Assembly: GCA_018992685.1 (NCBI GenBank)
Contig: JACVGT010000010.1
Coordinates: 1-64,000 of the forward strand
Direction: 5' to 3'
DNA: 64,000 bases
Source: Theionarchaea archaeon
Lineage (GTDB): Archaea > Methanobacteriota_B > Thermococci > Methanofastidiosales > SZ-28-30
The notes beneath the pieces were generated by a model. It was given only the letters and a program-made list of their open reading frames with translations, was not told the DNA's origin and searched no databases. Made by a program: the position numbers and the translations under genes. This document shows positions 10,020 through 19,688 of this stretch, piece after piece. Each line of letters begins with the position of its first letter. Within the stretch, counting starts at the first letter, position 1.

Positions 10020-10670
10020 CTAATCTGCCTTATAATCAGGGACAATTTCTCCTATCAGGCGCTCTTCTTCATGAAATTCTCTTTCCAGTGCCTTCCAGAA
10101 TTCTCCTGCCCTCCTGAGACTCTCTTCCGCAAATCTCTTGCCCGCCTCTGTGCTCAAGTGTTTCTGAGGAATAATTCTTTCTTTGGGGAATTCCACCATC
10201 TCCCTCACACTCATGTCTTCCTCCCCCATGAAATGATGAAATGCCCTAGCGATACCTACGTAGCCGGCTGAACAGCTGAAGTCCACATCATAGCAGATTC
10301 TTGCTTCCAGTGTTTCTGGTTCTTCTGTTCCTCTGGGCCCGTTGCTTTTCACACAATGGACGACAGCCTCGATTTCCTTATCTGTAAATCCTGCATCTCG
10401 CAAAAAATCAGGTGCGACTTCTGCTCCCTTCATGTAGTGTTCCTTGCCAGAGTCGGGATATAGTCGTCCGATATCGTGGAGAAGGATTCCCGCTATGACA
10501 ATCTTCATGTTTGCTTTTTCTTCTTCTCCCAGGTAGATTGCTTTTGCCAGATCCCTCTGTGCATGAGTCCAGTTGTGATGAACAGGGTTCTTGGTAATAT
10601 ATTCTTGTTCTACCAGCTCATACAATGTCTTCAATTCTGGACATGTTGAAAAATACCCGGTAAGGTTCAT
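10020..10670 (-). CDS. HD-domain metal-dependent phosphohydrolase
   Basis: HHNWTH...LLHDIGR...EARICYD; ATG 10670 follows AGGAGGT. Confidence 0.8.
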   Translation of the reverse strand: MNLTGYFSTCPELKTLYELVEQEYITKNPVHHNWTHAQRDLAKAIYLGEEEKANMKIVIAGILLHDIGRLYPDSGKEHYMKGAEVAPDFLRDAGFTDKEIEAVVHCVKSNGPRGTEEPETLEARICYDVDFSCSAGYVGIARAFHHFMGEEDMSVREMVEFPKERIIPQKHLSTEAGKRFAEESLRRAGEFWKALEREFHEEERLIGEIVPDYKAD

Positions 10671-10881
10671 GAGTATACCTCCTCTTTCGACAGCCATCTC
10701 AACCACAGTAATCAAGATGGGTCATAGGTTGTTTTTTGACGTGTTTTATGAGATGTTCCTTCAAATATCCTTTCTTCTTGCTCTTATCAACTTAAGAGGA
10801 TAGTGCCTGAATGTTTCGGGAAAACTAATAAAGGGTTTCTCTTCAAAGGCGATGCATAATCTTGAAACCGGAGGAATAATC

Positions 10882-11940
10882 ATGGACATTGCTATGGGAG
10901 ATATTGCTCCCCTTATGGAAGGAGCACGGAAGATTGTAGTAGATTGCGCAAGAGTGACCCCCAACGAAAAAGTATTAATCATAACTGATACGGGAAGAGA
11001 TCTGGCAGTAGCGTATGCGCTCATGGAAGCAGCCATGGACGTGGGGAGTGAGGTTGCTGTCATCACCATGAAGGAACGAGACGCCCCTGGGCTGGAACCA
11101 CCTCCTCAAGTGAACAAGGCTATGCTGGAATCGGATGTTATCCTCCAGGTCACATCAACTATCATGGGATATTCACAGGCAAAAAAAGATGCCTGCAAGA
11201 AGGGAGCGAGGTTCGCTGCAATGACCGGCATGATCCCAGATATTTTGATGTCCCCTGCCCTGACGGAAACAGATTTTAAGAAGTTGAAGCCATTTGTTGA
11301 AAAAATGAGTGACATGGTGACAGCAGCAAAGAAAGCCACCGTAACGACTCATAGGGGAACAGCTCTCACTATGAACCTGGAGGGAAGAGGTGCAGAACTG
11401 TGCACTGCGATTCTGGAAACTCCAGGCAAGCTATCGGGAATGCCTGATCTCGAGGTGTACATTGCACCTGTTGAGAATTCTGTCAACGGTACAGCCGTCA
11501 TTGATGCAACCATCTCTTCTTCAGGACTCGTCACCTCTCCTGTGACTTTGACCATCAAAGATGGCATTGTACAGAAGATTGAAGGCGGAAAAGACGCAGA
11601 AGTCCTGCGGACTCTGCTGGAGAACCAGAGAAACCCTCACGTCTATCAGGTAGCTGAGCTGGGAATTGGATTGAACCCCAATGCATGCCTGCGGGGTGCC
11701 ATCATTGAAGACGAAGGAGTCTTGGGAACAGCTCATGTTGCTGTAGGAGACAATACGCTTATGAATGGTCTGAACAAAGCACCAATTCACGTTGATATGG
11801 TCATGAAAGACCCCACCATAGAACTGGATGGAAGAGTGGTGATATCTGCAGAAGGAAAAACCATTCATTTTGCATCTGAGCTCTTCCCCCTGACAGAACC
11901 TCTGAAATCTTCAGGGTGGGACACACACAAAATCCAGTGA
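10882..11940 (+). CDS. M29/leucyl aminopeptidase-like protein, copy 2
   Basis: Paralog of 8807-9793 with about 100 identical residues in the catalytic half; ATG follows GGAGG. Confidence 0.85.
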   Translation: MDIAMGDIAPLMEGARKIVVDCARVTPNEKVLIITDTGRDLAVAYALMEAAMDVGSEVAVITMKERDAPGLEPPPQVNKAMLESDVILQVTSTIMGYSQAKKDACKKGARFAAMTGMIPDILMSPALTETDFKKLKPFVEKMSDMVTAAKKATVTTHRGTALTMNLEGRGAELCTAILETPGKLSGMPDLEVYIAPVENSVNGTAVIDATISSSGLVTSPVTLTIKDGIVQKIEGGKDAEVLRTLLENQRNPHVYQVAELGIGLNPNACLRGAIIEDEGVLGTAHVAVGDNTLMNGLNKAPIHVDMVMKDPTIELDGRVVISAEGKTIHFASELFPLTEPLKSSGWDTHKIQ

Positions 11941-12013
11941 CGTACCCTTCTCTTTCTTCTTTCTTTGTATTCTGGCAGCCAGAGGGTCTCTTGAACGTTC
12001 ACACTATCTCTCG

Positions 12014-12688
12014 CTAGTCTAGTCCGTACGATTCGCCTTCTTGTAAGATGGCCACCGTGATGTCCGAGGTGGCTTCGACCTGCTCTCTGAATATCTCTGG
12101 ATCTGTGTCCCAGCGATGCATTGACAGCACGACTCCAGGGTTGATTGCACGTGCAGCCTGTGCAGCCTCAAAATTATCCATGGTGTACCTATCACCCGTT
12201 GGAAGCAGAGCTACATCCACCTTTCCCAGATTCCGCATTTCAGGGATGAAATCAGTATCCCCAGCATGATAGATCGTTTTTCCTGCAACTGTGACAAGGT
12301 AGCCGACTCCATATCCTTTGGGGTGCCAGGGGTTTCCCGGCGTTCTGAATCGTGTGATATTATATGCTTCCACAGCTCCTACGGTGATCCCATTATGGAT
12401 CTTCTCTTCTCCTGGGGCCAGTGACTCAATCTCCCCTTTAATTTTCTTAACACACTGAGGAGGGGCAATCACTACAGTGGCTTCAGTTTTAATTTTTTGA
12501 ACAGTGGCAGGCTGGCAGTGGTCACCGTGGGCATGAGTTATCAACACCAGGTCTGCTTTTTCGAAGAGTCCCCCGATCTTCTTCTCGTATTTCTTATAGT
12601 AGACCACATCAATGTAGAGAATTCCCTGGGTGGTCTTGATCTGGAACCCTGACTGACCCAGCCAAGTGAGCTGCAAATTCATACCCAT
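12014..12688 (-). CDS. MBL-fold metal-dependent hydrolase (UPF0173/UlaG-like)
   Basis: WLGQSGF, ITHAHGDH and YHAGDT motifs. Confidence 0.85.
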   Translation of the reverse strand: MGMNLQLTWLGQSGFQIKTTQGILYIDVVYYKKYEKKIGGLFEKADLVLITHAHGDHCQPATVQKIKTEATVVIAPPQCVKKIKGEIESLAPGEEKIHNGITVGAVEAYNITRFRTPGNPWHPKGYGVGYLVTVAGKTIYHAGDTDFIPEMRNLGKVDVALLPTGDRYTMDNFEAAQAARAINPGVVLSMHRWDTDPEIFREQVEATSDITVAILQEGESYGLD

Positions 12689-12725
12689 CCCTTGTCTTTT
12701 CTACTCTTAAGGGTAACTTCTCCTG

Positions 12726-13769
12726 TCAGAGCGTAGAAAGAGCTTCTTCATTCTTGTGAGAAATCGTCTCTTCTTTCAAGAATCGGTCGAGCCAGTCGTA
12801 GGCAAGAATCCGTGCATACTGTGGGAAAGAATGATCGTTACCGTGCATGAACCAGGAGAAATGACTTTCCTTACCATATAGTCTGTATATATTATAGAGC
12901 TTTACGCCTACCTCTGCCAGAAACTCTTGATTGCCGTATGCCCGGTCATGATATGAAGATATGTTCAGGAAAGGCCGTGGTGCAATCAAAGCTGCAACCT
13001 CATGAATGTCAAAGGGGGGCTCCAGATTTTCAAGGAAGTACCTTCTCAAAGCAGGAATGTAGATATATCCATCTTCTAGTGACCATTCCATGCGAAGCTC
13101 CTCTTCCGAAAAGAGTGACATACCGCAATTACTGACACATGCCTGTATTCTGTGATCTACAGCCATGGCAAACATTGCATTGTGCCCGCCGAGAGAGTGG
13201 CCTATGACGCCAATGCGCTTAGGATCTACTCCACCCACAGTACACAGAATGTCAACAGCCGCCATTGAGTCTTCCATGTTCTTTCCCACTATGGACCACT
13301 CTGGATAGCGCTTATAGAATTCTGCTGAATCAAAAGGACTTTCACCAGGAGAAACTCGCTCTCCAGCTGTAAGATAGTCAGGAGCGAGAACGATATATCC
13401 TCGTTCTGCCAAATCATGCCCATATGCGAAATCGGTGCATCCATCCAGAGCAACTACTTCATTCTTTCCTGAATTGACTGTTTGGTGCATCGCTACAACT
13501 GCAGGAGCGGGTTTTTCCAGGGGACTGGGAATCAGTAAATACGCTGTAATTCGATCCTGCATTGCTGTATAGGAGATCCTCTGCCTCCTGTAGTGTTCCA
13601 AGTGCTCTTCATCAAGTACTACAAGATCTCGTGTCTTCCGAGGTTCTGGTGAGAACCCAAGAGTCCTATGGAGGCGCTCTCTGATGTCTTCACGGTTCTT
13701 CTCCCACTGGCCCACTGTATCGATGGTGCCATCATCCTTGGACAATAGACTCTTTATCATAGAGTTCAT
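12726..13769 (-). CDS. Alpha/beta hydrolase (dienelactone hydrolase-like)
   Basis: GHSLGG nucleophile elbow, ALIAPRP and a C-terminal His (HSFP). Confidence 0.8.
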   Translation of the reverse strand: MNSMIKSLLSKDDGTIDTVGQWEKNREDIRERLHRTLGFSPEPRKTRDLVVLDEEHLEHYRRQRISYTAMQDRITAYLLIPSPLEKPAPAVVAMHQTVNSGKNEVVALDGCTDFAYGHDLAERGYIVLAPDYLTAGERVSPGESPFDSAEFYKRYPEWSIVGKNMEDSMAAVDILCTVGGVDPKRIGVIGHSLGGHNAMFAMAVDHRIQACVSNCGMSLFSEEELRMEWSLEDGYIYIPALRRYFLENLEPPFDIHEVAALIAPRPFLNISSYHDRAYGNQEFLAEVGVKLYNIYRLYGKESHFSWFMHGNDHSFPQYARILAYDWLDRFLKEETISHKNEEALSTL

Positions 13770-13948
13770 CTCTTTTCTCTGCTGTAGTTGATGCCAGCGT
13801 ACTTAAGTTCTTTTTCAATGTCTACCATATACTGAAGGAAGATACCGCTCTGTAGCTGCTTTCCCCCCTCTGTTGAGAATCTTTCTCGTACTTGGATCGA
13901 TTTTTTCCAACGTTCCTTGACCTTTCCCTCTCAACCTTCACCCACAAC

Positions 13949-14009
13949 CTTTATAAGCAGTAATAATATGTAATGCATTGTAATTAAATATAATTAAATA
14001 TAGTTACAA
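13949..14009 (+). promoter_or_regulatory. TATA box and candidate RHH operator of the cysC-sat operon
   Basis: cTTTATAA near 13950; inverted repeat ttgtaatta(13978)...tagttacaa(14009) overlapping two tandem copies of taattaaata. Confidence 0.45.
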
Positions 14010-14019
14010 GGTGTTGATC

Positions 14020-14244
14020 ATGAGTGACAAACGATACACAACCGTTTCTATTCCTGTCGAATTGGCAGAAAAGATAGAGAAACGGATTGAAGGGACTGGA
14101 TTTCATTCTATTTCCAGCTATGTGACGTATGTGCTGAGACAGGTGATTTCCAGTATCGAAGAAGATGAGAAAAAGGAAGTCTTCTCTAAAGAGGATGAAG
14201 AAAAGGTGAAAGAAAGACTTCGAGGACTCGGATATCTGGAGTGA
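14020..14244 (+). CDS. CopG/ribbon-helix-helix regulator with a C-terminal RLxxLGYL tail
   Basis: YTTVSIP..LAEKIE...GF.SISSYVTYVLR is an RHH pattern; first gene of the operon. Confidence 0.8.
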   Translation: MSDKRYTTVSIPVELAEKIEKRIEGTGFHSISSYVTYVLRQVISSIEEDEKKEVFSKEDEEKVKERLRGLGYLE

Positions 14245-14248
14245 TACC

Positions 14249-14836
14249 ATGGCATTTGTATTATGGTTTACCGGTGTCCCTGCTAGTGGAAAGTCCACAA
14301 TTGGCAGGAGAGTAGAACAACTGCTCAGAGAGCGGGGTATGCCCATTGAGAATCTGGATGCAGATGAGATCAGAGCCAACCTAAGTCCAGATCTCGGTTA
14401 TACAGAAAAAGACAGGGATATAAACACAAAGAGGCTGGCATTCCTGGCCTCCTTGCTGGAAAAACACAACGTGTCAGCCATCGTGGCGGCTGTTTCCAGC
14501 CTGAGGCGATTCAGAGACAGGGCACGTTCCATGTCCAGAAATTTTGTGGAAATTCATGTTGACTGCCCCACTGAGGAGTGCATGAGAAGAGATCCCAAGG
14601 GGCTCTATGCCAAAGCCAAGCGAGGGGAGGTCAATGACATTGCAGGACTGCATCAACCCTATGAAGCTCCCCTGAATCCTGAAGTTGTGTGTGAATCTGG
14701 CAAGTATACTGTTGAGGAATGCGCCAATCAGGTCATTCTCAAGCTGGAAGAGATGGGGCTACTCCCTCCCGAGAACTACACCTTTGAGGACGAGGAGATT
14801 ATCAAGAAGCGCCTCAAAGCGCTAGGATATCTATAG
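14249..14836 (+). CDS. cysC: Adenylyl-sulfate (APS) kinase
   Basis: WFTGVPASGKST P-loop, LDADEIR, RDPKGLY and YEAP motifs. Confidence 0.93.
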   Translation: MAFVLWFTGVPASGKSTIGRRVEQLLRERGMPIENLDADEIRANLSPDLGYTEKDRDINTKRLAFLASLLEKHNVSAIVAAVSSLRRFRDRARSMSRNFVEIHVDCPTEECMRRDPKGLYAKAKRGEVNDIAGLHQPYEAPLNPEVVCESGKYTVEECANQVILKLEEMGLLPPENYTFEDEEIIKKRLKALGYL

Positions 14837-14844
14837 GTGATGAC

Positions 14845-15963
14845 ATGATATCACCACATGGTGGACGACTAGTCAATCGCGTCATAAGCCCTGACCTGGA
14901 TGACATAAGAGAGCTGGAACACGTTTCCATCCCTGAAGAGATGCAGGGGGATCTCAGGAATATCGGGATTGGCGTGTTCAGTCCACTGGAAGGATTTCTC
15001 TCCTACAATGAGACAGAGAGTGTGTTGAAAGAAGGAAGACTTCCCAATGGAGTCGCATGGACCATTCCCATACTTCTTCCGGTGGAAAAGAGCACCTATC
15101 CTGACGAGGGCAGTGATGTTGTCCTCAATGAAACGGCAGTCATGCACGTAGAAGAGGTATTCACCTTTGATAAGAAAGAAGCTGCCCGTTCCATATTTGG
15201 CACTGACTCCACAGACCATCCTGGGGTCAAGAGGTTCCTATCACTTCCTGATACCTTTGCGGGAGGAAAGATAGATCTCCTTAAGAATGAGAGAGAACCT
15301 TTCTATAATTTTAACCTGGAACCCAAGGAGACGAGAGTCTTGTTCAAGGAAAGGAAATGGAGGACAGTAGCTGGGTTCCAGACGCGGAATCCCCCACATA
15401 CTGGGCACGAGAACTTGCAGAAGACAGTCCTGGGATTGGTGGACGGAATTTTCATCAACCCCTTAATCGGGAGAAAAAAACCGGGAGACTTTACAGATTC
15501 AGTGATACTCAATTCATACAAGGTGATGATTGACCACTATCTGCCCAGAGACAGGGCAGTTCTCAGCATTCTAGCCACGGAAATGCGGTATGCAGGTCCT
15601 AAGGAAGCTGTATTTCATGCCATCTGCAGAAAGAATTTTGGGTGTACTCATTTTATTGTGGGGAGAGATCATGCAGGTGTTGGGAATTTCTACCATCCCG
15701 AAGCTGCCATTGAAGTCTTTGACCAGTACCCGGACCTGGGAGTGAAGATCATCTCCATAAGAGGAGATTTCTTCTACTGTAATGTCTGCAAACATCTGGC
15801 GTCTGAACGCACATGCCCTCATGATGAAAAGGATCACATCAACTTCAGCGGGACGAGAATCAGAGAACTCCTTCGAGAGAAGAAGAGACCCCCTGACGAA
15901 ATCATGAGGTCTGAAGTGTTTGAAGCACTATTACAAGAGGAACATCCATTTGTAGGTGAATAG
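14845..15963 (+). CDS. sat: Sulfate adenylyltransferase (ATP sulfurylase)
   Basis: PHGG, FQTRNPPHTGH, MRYAGPKEA, HFIVGRDHAG and SGT motifs. Confidence 0.95.
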   Translation: MISPHGGRLVNRVISPDLDDIRELEHVSIPEEMQGDLRNIGIGVFSPLEGFLSYNETESVLKEGRLPNGVAWTIPILLPVEKSTYPDEGSDVVLNETAVMHVEEVFTFDKKEAARSIFGTDSTDHPGVKRFLSLPDTFAGGKIDLLKNEREPFYNFNLEPKETRVLFKERKWRTVAGFQTRNPPHTGHENLQKTVLGLVDGIFINPLIGRKKPGDFTDSVILNSYKVMIDHYLPRDRAVLSILATEMRYAGPKEAVFHAICRKNFGCTHFIVGRDHAGVGNFYHPEAAIEVFDQYPDLGVKIISIRGDFFYCNVCKHLASERTCPHDEKDHINFSGTRIRELLREKKRPPDEIMRSEVFEALLQEEHPFVGE

Positions 15964-17326
15964 ATTGAAGGTTTTTGTCATAGGATTGGACTGCGCCCCC
16001 CCAGACCTGGTTTTTGACGAGTTTGATCTCCCAAATATACAGCAACTCATGGACTGTTACGGTGAACTAACCTCCACAATACCTGCCATCACGTGTCCTG
16101 CCTGGATGAGTATGGTTTCAGGGAAAAATCCTGGCAAACTGGGGTTTTATGGGTTTAGAAACAGGAAAGGATTCTCCTACACAGATATGTGGATTGCCAA
16201 CTCACTGGCCGTCAAAGAGGATACACTCTGGGACATTTTTAGCAGGGAAGGAAAGGACGTTTCGATTATTGGTGTTCCTCAGACATACCCTCCCAAACCC
16301 GTCAATGGCATCATGGTGACGAGTTTTCTCACACCCGATATCAACCATCAGTACACATATCCAGACGCACTGAAGACAGAAATCAAGGATCTGGTGGGAG
16401 AGTACATCCTCGACGTAGAGGAATTCAGGACGGAAGACAAACACAAGCTACTCTCTCAGATCTATGAGATGACAGAGAAGCGGTGCACTGTTGTCAAACA
16501 CTACCTCAAGAAGAAATGGGACTTTTTCATGTGGGTAGAAATGGGACCTGACCGTCTCCATCATGGATTATGGAAGTTCTTTGATCCAACTCATAGAAAG
16601 TACACCGAATCGGACTTACAATCTGCCATCCCTGAATACTACCAGTATCTAGATAACCAAATCGGAGAGATGCTTTCCCTTGTGGACGAAGACACCTGCG
16701 TCATGGTGGTATCTGATCACGGAGCCAAGAAGATGGAAGGGTGCATCAATGTCAATGACTGGCTGATCCAGGAGGGGTATTTGCACCTCAAGGAGGAACC
16801 CACACAGATCGTACCTATAAAGAAGGTGCAGATAGACTGGACAAAAACTAGTGTGTGGGCATGGGGCGGTTATTACAGCAGGATCTTCTTCAATGTCAAA
16901 GGCAGGGAAGATGCAGGTGTCCTGACGAGAGAGGAGTACCACGATGTCCGGGAGGAGGTCAAGAAGAAGCTTGAATCCATGAAAGATGATCGTGGGGCCC
17001 CTCTGAATACGAAAGCGTTCAGGCCAGAAGACATCTACACTGGGAAGTACGTGAGGGAAGCTCCTGATCTCATTGTCTACTTTGGCGATCTTTACTGGAG
17101 AGCAACCGAAAGCGTGGGACACGATTCGATATACTCATTCGAGACAGAGATCGGACCGGATGACTGTGTACATGCCCAGAAAGGTATTTTCATCCTGAAA
17201 GACCCTGAAGAAAGAGTGTCCGGGAAAAAAGAGAACTTGAATATTATGGATTGCGCTCCTACGATTCTCGACCTCATGGGAAGCACAAAGCCGCCCGGCA
17301 TGGATGGTCACTCGCTCCTGGAATGA
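15956..17326 (+). CDS. Alkaline phosphatase-superfamily protein (type I phosphodiesterase/nucleotide pyrophosphatase-like)
   Basis: IGLDCA, STIPAITCPAW, DRLHH, VSDHG, and C-terminal H...GIF...D.APT. Confidence 0.85.
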   Translation: MNRLKVFVIGLDCAPPDLVFDEFDLPNIQQLMDCYGELTSTIPAITCPAWMSMVSGKNPGKLGFYGFRNRKGFSYTDMWIANSLAVKEDTLWDIFSREGKDVSIIGVPQTYPPKPVNGIMVTSFLTPDINHQYTYPDALKTEIKDLVGEYILDVEEFRTEDKHKLLSQIYEMTEKRCTVVKHYLKKKWDFFMWVEMGPDRLHHGLWKFFDPTHRKYTESDLQSAIPEYYQYLDNQIGEMLSLVDEDTCVMVVSDHGAKKMEGCINVNDWLIQEGYLHLKEEPTQIVPIKKVQIDWTKTSVWAWGGYYSRIFFNVKGREDAGVLTREEYHDVREEVKKKLESMKDDRGAPLNTKAFRPEDIYTGKYVREAPDLIVYFGDLYWRATESVGHDSIYSFETEIGPDDCVHAQKGIFILKDPEERVSGKKENLNIMDCAPTILDLMGSTKPPGMDGHSLLE

Positions 17327-17390
17327 TTTTCTTTTTCCATTTTCATTCTCTTTCTCAGGAGGTTCAGTCCTCGTGGGGTTACTGGCTGTT

Positions 17391-18122
17391 CTATAGGAGT
17401 TCTCTGGTGATATGCTGTGCAGCTTCCAGTACTCCTTCCCCGAGGTTTTTCTGAGAGACGTAACCCTCTCGTTCTCTTACAATCTCTTTGACTCTCTCAT
17501 GTGCATTTCCAACTGCCACAGGATACCCCACGCAGGACAACATTTCCAGGTCATTCATTCCATCCCCCACCCCAATCATATCCTCAAAGGGGATGTCAAG
17601 GCGCTCTCTCACTACTGTTAACCCGGTTTTCTTACTTAGCCCATTCTGCATCACATCTACTGCGTCCACATGAGCAATTACATACAGATTCAGACGTTCC
17701 TCTTGTATGATGTCCTTCAGATCTTGACTGACCTGGGGGATGTCTTCCCACTTTCTTGGGAAGAGACTGAACAGCGTCTCCTTTGGCTCTTCCCACACCT
17801 CGTATGCCGTGCTTCTATTTTCGAAGAAATGCTGTCTCACCTTCTTAATATCATTAATATGCCTGGTGTACAGTACTTTCTCTTTCTCACGAGGGAAGAA
17901 AACGTGTCCTCCCGATTCGCCAATTATTACCGTATCCTGGCGGAGCAACCCTGAAAATACCAGCCCTCCTGTAATATACCAGGGATGTTTGCCCGAGGCA
18001 AAGGAAATGTCCAGCCCTCCCCGTTCCAATTCCAGTATGCCGTCAATACTCTCCTTCTGGACTGGACATCCAGGAGGATTCAACACACCGTCAATATCGA
18101 AAACACAGAGCCTATAGGTCAT
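17391..18122 (-). CDS. HAD-superfamily (Cof/SPP-type) phosphatase
   Basis: FDIDG motif I, ASGK, and GDGMND motif IV; real start is probably MTYRL at 18122. Confidence 0.88.
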   Translation of the reverse strand: MTYRLCVFDIDGVLNPPGCPVQKESIDGILELERGGLDISFASGKHPWYITGGLVFSGLLRQDTVIIGESGGHVFFPREKEKVLYTRHINDIKKVRQHFFENRSTAYEVWEEPKETLFSLFPRKWEDIPQVSQDLKDIIQEERLNLYVIAHVDAVDVMQNGLSKKTGLTVVRERLDIPFEDMIGVGDGMNDLEMLSCVGYPVAVGNAHERVKEIVREREGYVSQKNLGEGVLEAAQHITRELL

Positions 18123-19077
18123 GCAACCCCTCCACACGTACTCCATCATCAACGTGAACTGGGTAGACTGCTGACGTTTCCTCCAGAAGCCTATCTGCAA
18201 CTGATTTCTGGTTCCTCTCCCCTGAGCACAAGGCTGCAATGCACCCTCCCTGACCTGCCCCCGTCACTTTACAAGCCACCGCCCCTCCCTGATAAGCTGC
18301 CTCAATCAACTGTTCATTCTGAGGGATGGATCGACCTACTTCCCTCATTATATCTTGATTTTCCTTGACAATATCGCCCAGTTGTTCAATATCTTTGTTA
18401 ACAACGGCTCTTTTGCCTTCCCTGGTAATCCAGTCCAATCTCTCGATCAGTTCAACTACTTTTTTGTCCCCTGCTTTATATCTCCTGTACAACTCATCAT
18501 TAGAGGCTGCAGAGCTGTGGAATACACCTGTGTCAGCAACCACGAATCTTATGTCGCCTTTGTAGTGAGAGAGAGATTCTACTGTAGCATAGGGCTCCTG
18601 GTCCACAGGTCTATTGTTCTTTCCTCTGAAGTCCAGGAAGAGCAACCCTCCAAAGCTTGCTGCATACCAGTCCTGATATCCATTGAGCATGCCTAGATCT
18701 GTCTCTGCCCTCTGAGCCTGTTCTGCAATTTCGTACAAAGACATCACATTCTTGGTAAGAAGAGACATAGCGTACAGTACAGCCACACTCATGGACGCAG
18801 ATCCACCCAGTCCAGCAGACATAGGGACGTCTGTATGAATAGACAATTCAGCACTGAAGGAAGCTTTGACTCTGGCCAGAGTAGCCGTGAGTACAGGAAC
18901 CTGATCCTGAGCAACCGGGGCCCCCTCCATAATAACCGTTCCTTTCTCTGCAGAGACGATTTCACAGTATGTTCTCAAGGAAATGGCACTGCACAGCGTG
19001 CATTTGCCAAACATATCAGCAGCTCCACCTGAAAGATCAATACGGGAAGGTGCAGAGCACGTAACACGAGACATCAC
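18112..19077 (-). CDS. GHMP-family sugar kinase (HddA/fucokinase-like)
   Basis: APSRIDLSGG, PMSAGLGGSA, GYQD and KVTGAGQGG motifs. Confidence 0.85.
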   Translation of the reverse strand: MMSRVTCSAPSRIDLSGGAADMFGKCTLCSAISLRTYCEIVSAEKGTVIMEGAPVAQDQVPVLTATLARVKASFSAELSIHTDVPMSAGLGGSASMSVAVLYAMSLLTKNVMSLYEIAEQAQRAETDLGMLNGYQDWYAASFGGLLFLDFRGKNNRPVDQEPYATVESLSHYKGDIRFVVADTGVFHSSAASNDELYRRYKAGDKKVVELIERLDWITREGKRAVVNKDIEQLGDIVKENQDIMREVGRSIPQNEQLIEAAYQGGAVACKVTGAGQGGCIAALCSGERNQKSVADRLLEETSAVYPVHVDDGVRVEGLHDL

Positions 19078-19592
19078 CTCTCTTTTCTGGAGCCTTTCTT
19101 AAATAGGTTTTCTCTGAGTGAGACGGTTGAAAAGTCAGTCGTTCCCAGAAGGACATAAATGACAGCCAGTCCACAAAAGAACTCAAGAACAACCCTGAGT
19201 GAGGTCAACACTGTAGTCACACTTGAAGCCTGAGGCAGAAATATGATCTTCACAAAAACTTTCTGTCCAACAACCACAAGATATGTGAAAAAGAGTACAC
19301 TAATTCCCACATAAGACATGGAAGGCGGCATCTTTCGGATCAGGAAAAAAAGACAACCTGCAGAGAGTATAACGCCTGCTAGAAACACGTATGGCAGAGG
19401 CAGATAGACCCCCACCCTCATTGCCAGAGAAGAAACCCCAAAGATTGCATAAAAAGGGAAGTACATCGCATAGGGCAATAGTTCCGATGCAGATATTCGT
19501 ATCCCTGTAATGAACAGAAGTGAGCTCACGGCAGATGAGATGACAAGGAGAGCCAAGACACCTACCCTGCTTGAGGATTCCATGGGCTGCAC
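19074..19592 (-). CDS. Hypothetical membrane protein
   Basis: About five TM segments; overlaps the GHMP kinase start by 4 bp. Confidence 0.6.
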   Translation of the reverse strand: MQPMESSSRVGVLALLVISSAVSSLLFITGIRISASELLPYAMYFPFYAIFGVSSLAMRVGVYLPLPYVFLAGVILSAGCLFFLIRKMPPSMSYVGISVLFFTYLVVVGQKVFVKIIFLPQASSVTTVLTSLRVVLEFFCGLAVIYVLLGTTDFSTVSLRENLFKKGSRKER

Positions 19593-19644
19593 CTCCTGAC
19601 TGGTATCAGATGCTTCATGCTTCTCATCAGTTAGGTTCGTGAGG

Positions 19645-19686
19645 AAAAAGTAATAAGAAAAGAGTTAAAAAATATAAAAGAAAGTT
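19645..19686 (-). terminator. U-rich archaeal terminator after the pilin gene
   Basis: Several T-runs on the minus strand immediately after the pilin stop. Confidence 0.45.
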
Positions 19687-19688
19687 GT

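Noticed and set aside
14249-15963. Dissimilatory sulfate reduction
   Set aside because: sat is paired with APS kinase (PAPS route), and no aprAB, dsrAB or qmo genes are in the window.
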